Of a stretch of 64,000 bases of DNA, positions 11,678 through 24,117 are shown piece after piece. This DNA comes from Podarcis liolepis (taxonomy: Eukaryota). A program made the translations under genes and the position numbers. The stretch lies in assembly GCA_965112155.1 (NCBI GenBank), contig OZ218098.1. One strand, given 5' to 3'. The notes under the pieces were generated by a model. That model had not been told where the DNA came from. It saw nothing but the letters and a program-made list of their open reading frames with translations, and made no database searches. Numbering within the stretch: the stretch's first letter is position 1; the number at the start of each line of letters is the position of its first letter.

Positions 11678-13631
11678 GGTAACAAGAAGCCCTGACTTTG
11701 ATATACTGTATGCCTAATGCACAAAATCAGATGTTGCTGAGTATAATATTGATGTAGCCCACAGCATCACTGATTCCAAGCATCAGGTAAATGTTTAATT
11801 AATGTCCTCCGCTGATCTTATGACCGGGGCTACATTCAAACTTACTAAATAGATAAGAATAGGGCCAAATGAGTTTATGTTGTACATTAACGAAACAAAT
11901 CTCTTCAGTAGCAATATTTGCCTGCAGATGATTCAGCATAAGTTTGTAGTTTTATCCTGTAGCTCGCAGAGGTGAGGCAGTATAGTTACCATAATGTCAT
12001 ATATTGTACTCTTTTTTGTGAGCTTCCTATGGAGTATCAACTTTATTGGTGCTAGAAAGGGGACCTCCCTAAACCCGATAAATTAATAAATGGTAGAATT
12101 CTGATTATTTGGGATATGAAGGCAAAATACAAGCTGCAGAAGTATTCCTGGGCTAGCGTATGCAAAATAACCTGGCAATGTAGGGCCATTAAAAACAACA
12201 CGGGGCCATTGGCAAGGCAAGAGTCCTTTCCCCTGCCCTGAGATGTGAACAGATATGGGGAGTTGGGGTTGGAAGGTTGACAGGGTAACTGGACGTCCAA
12301 GGAGCCAGCCTCTGCAGAGGATTGGGGGGCAATGTGACATTGTGCAATGTGCTGATGTCCCATGTGCAACACCATCGGAATATTGAGGGGGGCTGCCCCT
12401 CAAAAAAAAATTAAAAAATTCAGGGGGCCGAAACTGCCTTGGCCCCTAGAAGTTGGTGCCTGTGCTGGGTGTGATATCACAGAAGAGTTTGGGGCCTTTG
12501 GCACAAGGCTTGGAATAGCTGAGAACAAAGGACAGAACCATTTGGGCAGGCTGGCTGAAGGGAGGCTGGGAGAGAGGCCTTGGACTCCAGGGCTGCACTG
12601 CTGTGGGGAACAAGCCTCTTTTGACACAGCCATACGGTAAGATCTGGACTCCCTCCAGGCAGACTGAAGGTGTAAATAGGTGAATAAACCATATTTCTTA
12701 AAGCTACGACAGCCTGCGGTGTGTCTTCAATTCCCCAAAGGAGCACAGACCCTGGTTTAGGGCCAAGACCTCTGGAATCCTGTGCACGGCTCAGCTGGAA
12801 TTGGGGTGGCCGGTAACAATATTAAAGAAAACATAATCTCTTGTACATATTTCTATGTAAAAGAGAGGACAAGTGGAGCCGGAATATCTTATTTCTGATA
12901 TCAAGCATTACAGCTAGCAACTCATTATTGTGAGTTTCCTCATAGAGAGGAAAGGCAGAAATTAAAGGTATTATACCGCCTACCGCCATGACCACCCAGA
13001 GCGAGGCAGATTGCAGAGGCAGCAGCAGATAGACCCAGCATCAGCACCAGGAGTAGCCACTGCCAATTGCTGCATCATCCTCTCTTGTTACTTAAAAAAA
13101 ATTCTTAGTCAGATGGCAGCAAGCCAGTGTAGCATATGGTAACAGACATTCATTTTAATATTTTTATTTTAAATATATATTGAGATGTATTCAATTCTCC
13201 CTCTGTTTGCTTCGTGCAATGAGTGTTTCCTCTGCTTCCCACATCCATCTCCAGAATATGCAACGGAGGGACTTCCAACCATCTGGAGTTTATTTTGAGG
13301 TTTTTTGGGGCGGGGGTGGGCTGGAAGGGAATAGGAAAGGACAGAGTTCCACTGCCTGCACAAAGTCCATTGCACTGGTGAAGCTTCAGCACTGGGTATC
13401 ACCCACTATCCTTTTTTTACATGAAAATAGTGCTTAGCTCCAGACAAACATGTTTGGCATCAGTGGAGCAGAAACAAAAGCAAATCAGTTTGTCAAGGAT
13501 CCCAACATATTGAGTAGAGTTGCTAGCTCCTTAATAACACTAGTCAAGGCACAGATCATATCATAATGCAGGTGACGGAGGTCCTGTAAAATTGCAGATA
13601 TATAGTAATTTCATGAGAAAGTGTTTCAAAC

Positions 13632-14565
13632 GTTGGATAATGCCTTCTATGTCCAGACTTTATCTCTCCAATTAAAACCATGTCTGAGGTAATCAAATGC
13701 AAATTCATACTTCAGCGACCAAAGAGATGTTTTACTTTAAAAAAATTCCAAGATTGTAATCTTCCTCTGCAGAGATTCAGAAGCAAGATACTCATATTTT
13801 ACAAAAAAGTGCAAAATAAAGAATTTAACACCATCATTAAAATGTTTGTCACACGCTCAGTAAATGTCATATGATCTGAATAAGCTGTATAAGTTCCTTG
13901 ATAAACTAACGGGAAGGATCCGAAACCGGCGGGACCAGAAGTTTACCAAGGACTGGAGTAAATTTACGGATTATTTGAGAAGTATTTGTGACGACCAGAT
14001 GATGTTTGTAGGTTTGCAAGAAGTTCTGTGAGGAATAATATTAGAAATATTGCAAAAATGGAGAAGGAGACGTGATATGTTAAGAGATGTAAAGACAATA
14101 GTAAGTTAGGAAATGCATAAGAAGTGATTAAGACAGAGGATTATCAGAGGTGCTGATGGAAGTCCAATAAGAATGTATTTGTGATAAATTGTGTGGTATG
14201 TTTTATAATTTTGTATGTTAAAAACCAATAAAAATATTTTAAAAAATAAAATAAATAAAAAAGAATAAGCTGTGTAAGTTCCTGAGATATAAGGCAAGGG
14301 GCTTGGATTCTGGGCTGCTTCAGAATTCAAACCATATGGAAGTCTATGCAAGAAGTAGACTATAATCAAGGAAAGATATTCAGCCCAAGAAGCGTGGGAT
14401 CCTAAGATATGGCATCAAAGTTGCTCTGCTAGCTCTCTGTCTTACAAGTAGAAGCAAACATGGAAATAATCTGAGATATGTTTTTAAATACTTGAACAAC
14501 CTTTTCCAGAAGTGAGAATTATTTAAAACATTCTCACCTACTGCACAGTAAAATTCACCTAAGCA
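13632..14565 (-). pseudogene. UGT1A: Decayed UGT1A exon 1, interrupted by an L1 fragment and missing its 5' part
   Basis: Alignable to 10436-11045 (e.g. CACACGCTCAGTAAATGTCATATGATC; GGAAAGATATTCAGC; AACATTCTCACCTA) with indels; promoter remnant at 14851-15060. Confidence 0.85.
13899..14262 (+). mobile_element. L1-clade LINE 3' fragment with A-rich tail
   Basis: Encodes ORF2 C-terminus KLTGRIRNRRDQKFTKDWSKFTDYL; AATAAA and A-tail; 21-bp TSD GAATAAGCTGT(A/G)TAAGTTCCT at 13878-13898 and 14263-14283. Confidence 0.88.
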
Positions 14566-14849
14566 GGCAGAGGCAAGGTGTGTGCCCTGGGGGCATGACA
14601 CGTTGCCCCCAGGGGCATGGTGCGCATCCCGGAGGTCTGGTATGCTGCCCGCGAGGGCATGGTGCACTGCTCGCAGGGGCGTGGCACATGTTCTGGGGGT
14701 GTGACACGCCACCTGGGGGGCGTGGCACCTGGTACACATGTGGGGATGTACGGCGCGTGTCCAGGGGGCGCTGCGATGGCACCCTACCGGAATAGTGGTG
14801 CCGGGGGCAGTCTGCTCCCTTTGCACTCCCGTTCCTCTGCCAGTGGCCC
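14566..14849. mobile_element. GC-rich non-autonomous element with internal GGGGCGTGGCAC-like repeats
   Basis: Abrupt GC-rich insert where the 5' part of the pseudo-exon should be; family not determined. Confidence 0.5.
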
Positions 14850-15264
14850 TGAACTCATCAAGTAAATGTTTAACGTGTTGACTCTGCTGAACCTATAGCC
14901 ACCAGCATTAGACCATTATCTAATCATAAGAATTCCAGTTGAGTTATTTACATTAACGAAATCTTAAGTTACTACAGTTATAGAAGATGATTCATCACAG
15001 TTAAACACTTTGGTTTTGTAACAAGCGGAGGTCATAAAAGTTCATAACTACTTGCTGAAGATGTTAAAGGTTACTACATTCCAGCAAGATGAATATTTTG
15101 TTCTTTTTTTCTTTAAAGTTTATTAAATTTTCGCTCCTAAATTTTTCGTCATGTACATGGTGATGTCTAGGTGGTGCTTTTTATCACCACACACCTTCTG
15201 TGTGCTGCTCACCTAAATACAATCCAGCAACAACTCAACTCAAATGGTCTTAATTCGTCTATTG

Positions 15265-15440
15265 CAGGGGTCAGTAACCATTTTCAGCCATGGGCCACTC
15301 CACCATCCCTCAGACCATGTGGTGTGCCAGACTATAATGAACGAATAAAATAATGAACGAATTCCTATGCCCCACAAATAACCCAGATATGCATTTTAAA
15401 TAAAAGCACACATTCTACTCATGTAAAAACATGTTGATTC
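15265..15440. mobile_element. Truncated hAT-type MITE (same family as 63708-63959)
   Basis: Starts CAGGGGTCAG; shares AATGAACGAATTCCTATGCCCCACAAATAACCCAGA...CTACTCATGTAAAAACATG. Confidence 0.75.
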
Positions 15441-15794
15441 TATATAGACCCCTATCTTTCCACAAGTGGAATTGCTCATACCTCTTCCAGTTTGAAGGCT
15501 GGATGATTCCAATATGGAAAGAGCAGAGAGGTGCCCTGGGCCAGAGAAGCTCTACACTTCCTCCACATTATCAATGCTCTCTTCAAAAAAAGATGAGATA
15601 CATCCCTTAATTTAGGTCTAGATATACTAAGAAACAGCAGCACACATATTGAAGGACTAGAGGGAATTAATTCATAGGGTCTCTTTGACTATTCTAATTA
15701 GCTTCTTTAGATGAAAAGCCTCATGATAGTACTTCAGATCAGGCATTCTCAGTCCTTCCTTCATCCAAGGTCTATAGAGGGTCTTATTGGTCAC
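15441..15794 (-). mobile_element. Old L1/Tx1 ORF2 fragment (downstream half of the host element)
   Basis: Minus strand reads GKRGHVTNKTLYRPWMKEGLRMPDLKYYHEAF, continuing the fragment at 19175-19460. Confidence 0.75.
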
Positions 15795-15810
15795 ATGACC
15801 ACGCTTCCCC

Positions 15811-18800
15811 GGGCATGAAGTGATTTAATATCTCATCCGGGAGTACTCCCAAGATGGCGACGAAGTAAGACGCGCTTGCCAGAGCTCCCCCCCTTTCCAA
15901 GTTCCTGCTGTAAGTTACTCAGCTCCTATTTTTCTCTGGAAGTTGGCACAATAATGTTTTGATGATAATGCCGGGAATTCACCCTGTGGAAGCTTGCAAA
16001 GCCAGCGCCATAAATCTCCTTAATGAGCTTCACTAACAACCTGATTAGCTGTAACTTGGGCAGCCACCGGCTGTGCTTCCCTGGCCTTCCACCAGCTCTT
16101 GCTTAACCTTTGAAGGACTCTTAGGTAACCGAGCCGCTCAAGGGGTTTAGCATGACGAATCTAAAACGTGGCCGTACCTCTTCTGTGGAAGACCGTTCCT
16201 TTAATGCCTCAGAACCTATGTCTAAGGTCTCGAAGCCTACTGGGCCGGATTCACCACCTAAGATCTTAGAGCCTTCTATCTCATCATTGGAGGAGTTTTT
16301 CTGCAACCTTGTGCCTCCTTCACCTGTTACTTCCAAGCAGTTAGATTGCCTACATGATCCTGCAATGACTCCAAACAACCTTTTAAACACCTCCAAGCAG
16401 GTAGACTGTCCATATGATCCCACAACGACTTCTAATACTCCCTTGCCAGGAGACAAATCGCTGTTGGATATGACCTCCAGCCCAGATGGCCTCTCTCCCT
16501 ACTCCGACCCTCATCGTAAATCTTTATGTGATATAGTGCGATCAGCGGAGCTGAGGACTTTGCAGAAATATTGCCTGCACTTGGCTGACGAAATAAAGGT
16601 GCTATCAGCTTCCATCAATATGTTAGAGGGAAAACTAAATGCCTTCACCAAAACCCCTGTTTCGATTTTGAATCCGCCATTAAAGCATCAGGGACCTGAT
16701 AATCATGAGGCACAGAGCCTAAGTAGGGGGCAGCAGCTAGTAAACCTCCAACTCACCCCTAACAATATATGCTTGAACATCGCTCACTCCTGCTTCCCCT
16801 ATTATGCCTGGAGAAATTGTAAAGCTGCTGTGATCTCATTGCGAAGGTTGACCAGGTCCTACTTGGCCCAGGGTGGTCTCCTATCATTAGAATGGCTGCC
16901 AGAGACTCCAAAATTTAAGCGCTTGTTGCTCAAGTTCGACTCGCCCAGGCTTCCTGCACTTTTGAGCAAACTTCGAAATCGTCTCAACTGGTTTGGAATC
17001 TTTCCACAAAGATGCTTCTTTAACAACTGTAGGGGCATTATTGGGAAAATCCCAAACTCAGCAAACTTGGTTAGCAGGCCTACAAGGAGGACTGAGGATC
17101 ATGACCGGAATTCGCAGCAACGGACCCTTCCTATGAACCCCTCCCCACGATTTACTAGCCGACCATCCCACCGGCAAGAAGGGACTGCCTTAAGGGGTAG
17201 AGTTTTGATGGGTCCAGCGTTGGCCATTATAGATGCTTCTAAAGATAGGCAGACACAAGCCTATGTGGACCCCCCTGCAGCGATAACGATCTCCAATCCT
17301 CAACGCTCTGCGTTGATTGTATTAATACATAAGAAAGGTCCACGTACAGAGCCGAGCAACTTTAGGCCAATCAGCTTGCTAAATGTCATTGGGAAGATTT
17401 ACTCGGGGTACCTGCTAAACAAACTATCGAAATGGATGGAGGACGACAATATCATTGCCGATGAACAGGCGGGTTTTCGCCCTGGAAGATCTACCACAAA
17501 CCAAATATTAACCTTGAATCACCTGGCAGAAAAGTATGCTGGCAAAGCCCCAAAGGTTCTTCATGTGGCTTTTATTGATCTTAAGCAGGCATTTGATCGA
17601 ATCTCTAGAAAGCAGCTATGGACAAAACTGGCTGCTACAAAGTTCGATCGTCGTCTCCTTCATCTGATTATCAGCCTCCATACAAACACCTTTCTGAGAA
17701 TCAGGTTAGACAATAAAGGCCTAGTCTCCAACCCTGTTACCACCACTAGAGGGGTAAGACAGGATTGTCTATTGGCCCCAGCATTGTTTAATTTTTACAT
17801 TAACTCACTGGTGACTCACATGGCCAATGATGCTTTCCACCCCCCCAAATTAGCAGGCCGATCTCTGAATGTTCTTCTGTATGCAGATGACGCCGCACTT
17901 CTTGCCAGATCCCCTATTGGACTGAGGAGAATGCTGCAAGCTCTACATGAATACTGTGATCAGCATGAGCTCCAACCCAACTATGCTAAGATCAAGATCA
18001 TGGTCTTCTCTGCCTGACCGAGACTCCGTCGATGGTCGATGAACAGGATCCCCTTAGAGCAGGTTAACTGCTTTAAATATTTGGGACAAGTAATACGGTC
18101 AAATAGGTCTTTTCTGGCCCATAGAGACAATATAACAACTAAAGCATCTAAAGCAGCCATCCAGATTAGATCCCTATATGCTAAGAATCAGGCTCAATCA
18201 GAGAAGATAGCTTTGAGACTCTTTCAAATGAAAGTCCTCCCCCTTCTTTTGGTGGGCATCTCTTTAGGCTCCAGTAGGGTTTTTTTGAAATTGGATTCTA
18301 TCCAAACGCGATTCCTTAGAGCCATCCTTAGGATTCCCCCCTCGGTAGCGGGTGCGGTTATGAGATTAGAGGTCGGCTGTCAAGCTATACGGCATGTGGC
18401 CTTGAAGACGAAGCTCTGGCTATGGCTCAAGCTTTGTTTTAAACCAGTGGGTATTGCCCCCTTGATATTGAGGGACGATTTCCAATCATCGTGGGAAAGG
18501 GAGGTCACTAACGAGGTTCAATCCAGCGGATTGTCTCACCTTTACTTTGAGTCTATGATGTACAATCAAGCTAGAGCTGTGATCTCCCGGAGACTGAGTG
18601 ACATTGCCAGACAAGAGGACATAGCTCAGGTAAAACCAGGGATGTTCCTAGGGGACCAGATTTATCGGACCATACCAGCCCCCTACCTTGCAGAAATTCA
18701 CTATGTGGAATACCGTAGACTTCTTACAGCGGCTAGATTAAATGTCCTTGACTCTGCGATATTGTGGGGAAGGTACAGGGGAGTACCATACGCCCAGAGA

Positions 18801-19158
18801 ACCTGTCATTGTGCCATGGGTGTGGTTGAGTCCACCGAACACATTCTCTTGACTTGCCCTTCTTATGCAGAGCTTAGACAAAATTTTATAGACCCATGCC
18901 TATGTCAGTCTAGCTTCCTATCTGGAGAAAACCAGGTTTTACACTTGCTGAATAACGTCACTAGAGCTATACCTTCCTTGGTGGCCAAATTTCTTTTTTT
19001 AGCTTTTAAGCGTCGCAAGACTTTAATTGATTGTATTGATATGGGGCTATCTGTTTAGCCCATTTTAGTGTTGGCTAAGTTGTAAAATCTTCCTGGAGCT
19101 TTTAACTGTGTATTGACAAATGTACTTTTTTTCTGACTGACGGTCGAATAAAAGGTTG
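15811..19158 (+). mobile_element. Non-LTR retrotransposon (RTEX/Crack-like), internally deleted and lacking an endonuclease
   Basis: Perfect 16-bp TSD ATGACCACGCTTCCCC (15795-15810, 19159-19174); RT motifs FRPISLL, EQAGFR, AFIDLKQAFD, YADD; C-terminal CxC...H...C knuckle; AATAAA at the 3' end. Confidence 0.88.
16152..19058 (+). pseudogene. ORF1-RT fusion reading frame of the LINE, with one in-frame TGA at 18015-18017
   Basis: ORFs 16152-18017 and 18039-19058 are in the same frame; ORF1-like coiled coil LQKYCLHLADEIKVLSASINMLEGKL; RT motif QG is changed to QD. Confidence 0.8.
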
Positions 19159-19174
19159 ATGACCACGCTTCCCC

Positions 19175-19460
19175 AAGCGATAAATCCATTAAGCAACAGT
19201 TGCCATTTAACAAAGATATTTGAGGGGATAGTTACAGGGAGGGTTGGAAACAAAAATGGGAATCTTGGTAAAACAGAGGTCTTAATTGCTGCAATCCAGT
19301 CCAGGCAACTAAGCCTTAGGTGTTTCCAAGACTTCAGCTCGGCATCAATTGAATTATGCCATTTCCCCAAATTCCTTGGCCAAAGTTGCTTGAGATCGTT
19401 CATGATAATCATTGTTGCAATCTGGCTCATGAAGAAAATTGGAACATAATTTTTGAGCCA
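19175..19460 (-). mobile_element. Old L1/Tx1 ORF2 fragment (upstream half of the host element)
   Basis: LKSWKHLRLSCLDWIAAIKTSVLPRFPFLFPTLPV...NGFIAW resembles the L1/Tx1 post-RT region. Confidence 0.78.
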
Positions 19461-20028
19461 TTCGTGACTTGATTGAGAATGAGAATACCGATATTGCTCG
19501 TGTTCCTGAAACCTGGGTGGATGAGCTGGGATGAGCTGTTCTGACTCAGCTGTGGCTGCCCGGAAACTAGACACAACATCAGCGCACGCTGCAGGCATGG
19601 ATGGGGAAAGGGGGCTTGCTCTTGGCCTGGTGCCATTGTTCTCCTTTAGGCACCAGGGGAAATCTCATTCAGGCAGGCATTTTCAGTTCAGTTAATGAGG
19701 TGTTATTAGGAGAGTTCTTACCACTTATAGATATTTTGTATATTTTATAGACTATTTATAGATTATTTAGTGAACTCATTGCATGTTTTCTATTGAGTTT
19801 TTTGGGTTTTTTTGCTGGGATGGTGGTGGTTGGAATTAATATCAAACTGTACCACAAAAGAAAAAATAGCACTGGTTGCACCAAACTGGTGATTGACTAG
19901 AAAGTCTAAAAATCATGCTTCTACTCATAAAAGAAATTCTACAGAATTCAGAATCCTGTCATAATAAATTTAACAACAACAAAAATAAAATAATAATAAG
20001 AAGAAGAAGAAGAAGAAGCATTACCAAC

Positions 20029-20892
20029 CTGAGATAACGGCTTCTTCCAAGCACAGTTTACCCCTCCAATTATAATCATATTTGGCATTAGTGGCCTTGG
20101 ATATTCAGCCACAAAGTCCATTCTCATCAGCCAAACGGATCCATGGCTTAGAAGTTCTGTGAGACTCAGATCTCTCTGCAGAAACTCTGAAGCAAGACTT
20201 GCATAAGGAGAGTAGACAAAACTGCAGAGGAAGTATTCTGCCAGGTGGAACAGCATATTTTTCACCCGCTGGGCAAACGTCATATGATCTGAGTTTCCTG
20301 TCATACCTCTTGGGACATAAGAAGGAGGTCTCGGACACTGTGCAGCTTCAGAGTCAAAACCACATGGTATTCCTCGTAAGAAAAAGACAGAAGGGATGCC
20401 AAAGTAGTCAGCAACTATCTGGCCACAAGGCATCATAGGATCTGTAAAGAGAGCATCAAATTTGCTCTCATTGATATAGCTCATCAGTTCTTGGTTGTAT
20501 AGTAAATGTGTGCAAGCAGCTAAGAACATAGCATTTGTCTGTTTCATTCTCTCAATTGCTCTAAAAAACCTGACCAAAAAAGGAAGCTCTTGAAAATTGT
20601 CATTTCCAAATTCTTTAATAGAGATATCCATTTCTTCTTGGGTGAAGGGCACGGGATAACTTTTCAAAGTATAAACATCATCTGACGCTTTTATGTGCAT
20701 ATTGATTTCAGGTGCAACGACGACTATCTCATGCCCATTCTTCTTGAGTTGGTTCAGGATGGACTGCATGCTGAGCCAGTGGCTTCCATCCATGGGTACC
20801 ACCAGGAGTTTCCCACCAGAAACAAAACTCGAAGAATATAGAAGCAGCATGAGGATGGAAACGTATGCCTGGGAGCAGGCCATAGGAGCCAT
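20029..20892 (-). CDS. UGT1A: UGT1A variable exon 1 (UGT1A1/bilirubin-group-like)
   Basis: 864 bp, ATG to CAG|gttggt; [48 protein letters not shown]. Confidence 0.93.
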
Positions 20893-20955
20893 TTTTTGGT
20901 CTGTCTGCTTGCTGCTCTCTCAGAAAGTATCAGCTGTATGCTCCAAGCCAGCCCC

Positions 20956-21043
20956 TTATATACTGGAGTGCAAAGTCTGACCTTGTGTGCTCTCTTGAAG
21001 TAAACATTTAACTAAAAGCCAAGGCTTCTAGTTAAACATTTAC
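20956..21043 (-). promoter_or_regulatory. Proximal promoter: TATA box, HNF4-like site and two HNF1-like sites
   Basis: TATATAA (20956-20962, minus strand), CAAAGTCT (20971-20978), GTAAACATTTAAC (21000-21012), GTTAAACATTTAC (21031-21043). Confidence 0.65.
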
Positions 21044-24000
21044 TTTGGGAGGTGCTAAAGCTCATAAAAGGTACTACTGGAATTACACAAAATGTTTAGC
21101 CATCCTTCATTTTCTTGTTATTGCTTGCATTGTTACAGAGAATACTTTTGCAGTTGTTATGTTTGAAAACAATAAAAACTTCCCATTGTAATTATAATAA
21201 AAGAACTGAGCGAATGAGTAGTGGTTAGAGCCACTAAAGCTAAAGAACAGGCACAGAGTCAATGCATTATTTAATCCCATTCTTGCATCCATCAGATGCC
21301 ATTGTCATAAATGATGTCAGCTGATGGGCAAGTACAGCTGGTGGGCGGCTGAGAGATTCAGGAAGGGGTTGCACTGAAATCCATGCTAAAATGAAGGGGG
21401 AATACCTGTTCTACCAGCTTCTGCAAGGTGTTTTAAGTCTCAACTTCAGGACTCAAAGCACCTTGCCCCTGGTGTCATATGATTTGGCCCACAGAGTCAA
21501 CCCTGAGAAGGATCAGGCCAGTGGAAGCAAGATATTTCTCCAACCCTGCTAGGAATTTATCAGTGTGGTCTTGATAGTTCTTGTTCTTACATAATGAATC
21601 CTATTTATTCTTCAACTGAAAACATCATTGCTCTATAGGATTGTATTTGTGTGACACATTATTTAATTTAAATGTTCATATTAAATAAACTTTTTGCACA
21701 GTTTCATCACCACCTAATATAACACTGTGCTCTGCAGGAGTCTTTCAGCTGCTGAGCTGACTCATCATTATCTGAGCAGTGATAATGTGAGATTTTATCA
21801 CCAACAGCCTCAGATTTACCCATAATTCCCCTTCCTACTCCTCACAAAGTCTGATACATTTCTTTTAATTGTGTGGTGCCAGGGGAGCATGCTTGGGATG
21901 CAGTTATGACAGCGACACCGCCATTGCCAGCCTTTTCACGAGCCATGCTGAGCTACATCTCTCTTCTCCCCATTTGCGCCTATCACTCCCCACTCGTGCT
22001 TTCCTGGCCAGCTGGCGGCCTGAGACCAGGGATGTGGGAGCTCCTGCTTTCACCCTGAGGAAGGGAATGCTGGACTTTTTTAAAGAACCCATTTATCTTA
22101 GCCAAATGGAGCTGTAACACAAACATCGGAGATATGTTAGTTGTGAGTTTGTGTGCTAGTAAGGAAAACAAGTAATAATTCAGGTTCTGTTGAATCAAAG
22201 TCAGGCAACACAGAGGTCAGATAAGGCCAAATTCAAAGAAAACATAGTATCAGCATCAAATTTTATTTCGGCCACAGACCAGCAAAGACAGCACCTTGGA
22301 TAGCTCCATGGGACTCTCAGGGTGAGAGAGCGGCAAGATCCACAGGGGCAGCAGATTCAGTCTCCAGGAAATGCGTGGCTGGCTACTACTTGGAGGCAGG
22401 TACTTGGAGGCTGCCTCCTTGGCAGCCCACCCCCAGGCCACCTCCACAGAGGCCTCTCTGCAAAAAGGAGGCACTGCTCGTCTCCCACCCATAGCAAGAA
22501 AATGGTGAGGGTTGCCCTCTGGGGTCTCCTGGGTTCTGCACCCACCCAATGTGATGCAGAACAGCCCCCCCAACACAAAATAGTCTTTGATTCCCACTTC
22601 AACCATTGGGTAAGGTTGATTTGATTCCCCCCATCCCACTCTTGATGTAGATCTTTACTTCCTCCTTGTTCTCTACGAGGATCTTTATTACCCCTCTGTT
22701 CTTGATTTTCACTGGTGGATTGGGGGGGGGAGCCATTTTGTGGCTCACCTCAGGTGACAAAATGTCTTGGGCCAGCCCTGGCTCTAACTTACTTCAGGAG
22801 CAGCTGAGTGATGGCGCTGGGAAGACCACTGTTCGGCTGGGGCTTCCAGACTGGAGTCCAAGGATGGCAAAGTGGTCTGCTGGGGTTTCAAAGGTACTGG
22901 TAAAAAGGCTTCTCCTATACTGGAGTCTTCAGGACACAGGAAGGGCTTGCAGCCAGTTCAGATCCTCAAGCAGTGAGAGTGATGTTCTCACCTGATGAGG
23001 TTTTGCCTTTCCACCCCTCCCAATGAGACAAGAGGATCTGAAACCAAGCTTATTGTACAAAACACCAAAGAGAAATGTGCATGTAATTGCAAATGCAAAC
23101 AGCCAATACTGTAACTTCGAGCCTTGGCAATGTTAACATAAATATGGGGCATATTGTAAATAAATGTATAGATTCTGAGGGAGGATGAGAATGGCTAAGA
23201 CCAACATTTGTTCCACAGAGACCACTGACACTGAAGTGGAAGAGTTTTCTCAAGCAAAAGCTCCACTTTAACAAAAAGCGGATACTACACAAATATGCCT
23301 CCACAAGAACGGAACAATGGGAAGCCATATATATTTACAAAAGCACTGCCAAGATCTGTAGCCAGACTCTGCTGCCAGAATCTAGAGCATGGGCAGAGAA
23401 CATTTTTTAAGTCACAGGTCACAATCCTTTCACAGGCAACTGCCGCATGCCAGTGGTGGGCAAGGCCAAAATCAAAATAAGTTCCAATTAACACATATTT
23501 ATCCACACATACATGCTACTTTCAGAAAACCTTTACCCATCAGCATCCTCCCTGCCTCCCTTCCAATCACAGCAATTTAAAACTCCCTTCCACCTCACTT
23601 CTTCTTTGTTTATTTCTCTTTTCTTTCCCTTTCTCCCCCTGCAGTTAGTCTTTAAAAAAGGTCACATTTCCCCATTAGTCTAATTGTTCTGCAGGAAGGG
23701 TGTGATTTTGGAGGTAGCTGCCGCTGTCTCATAATCCTGTGCCTCATCCTGGCCCAGCAATTTGGGGGAAGTTCCCATGTACTGAGACTAATTGCCAAGT
23801 GGGGTGCAGTTAGGGGGAGATGGCAACAAATGAGGAGAAAGTTAAGGCTTTTCTCCCCAGCTGCAGAAAACGTGGCCAGTAGACTAGGAGAAAATGTCCC
23901 ACCCACACTTCTTTGGCTTTCATGCTTCACTTTGCACTTGCTTACATTGAATGCCATCTCTTTTTGTTTTCATCACACTGAAGATTTTGTATCATCAGCA

Positions 24001-24117
24001 AACTTGCCTATTTCACGGCTCCTTCAATGACCCTCAAAGCACATGTTCTCGCACCTTGTGAGCTCTAAGTATGCACAGCATAAGCCAAGGGATATAGCCC
24101 CATTTGATTCTCCTGTA

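Noticed and set aside
19948-20028. Intron read-through giving a Ser linker plus a hydrophobic tail on a UGT exon 1
   Set aside because: Explained by (TTC)n/(TTA)n microsatellites after a canonical donor; no evidence of intron retention
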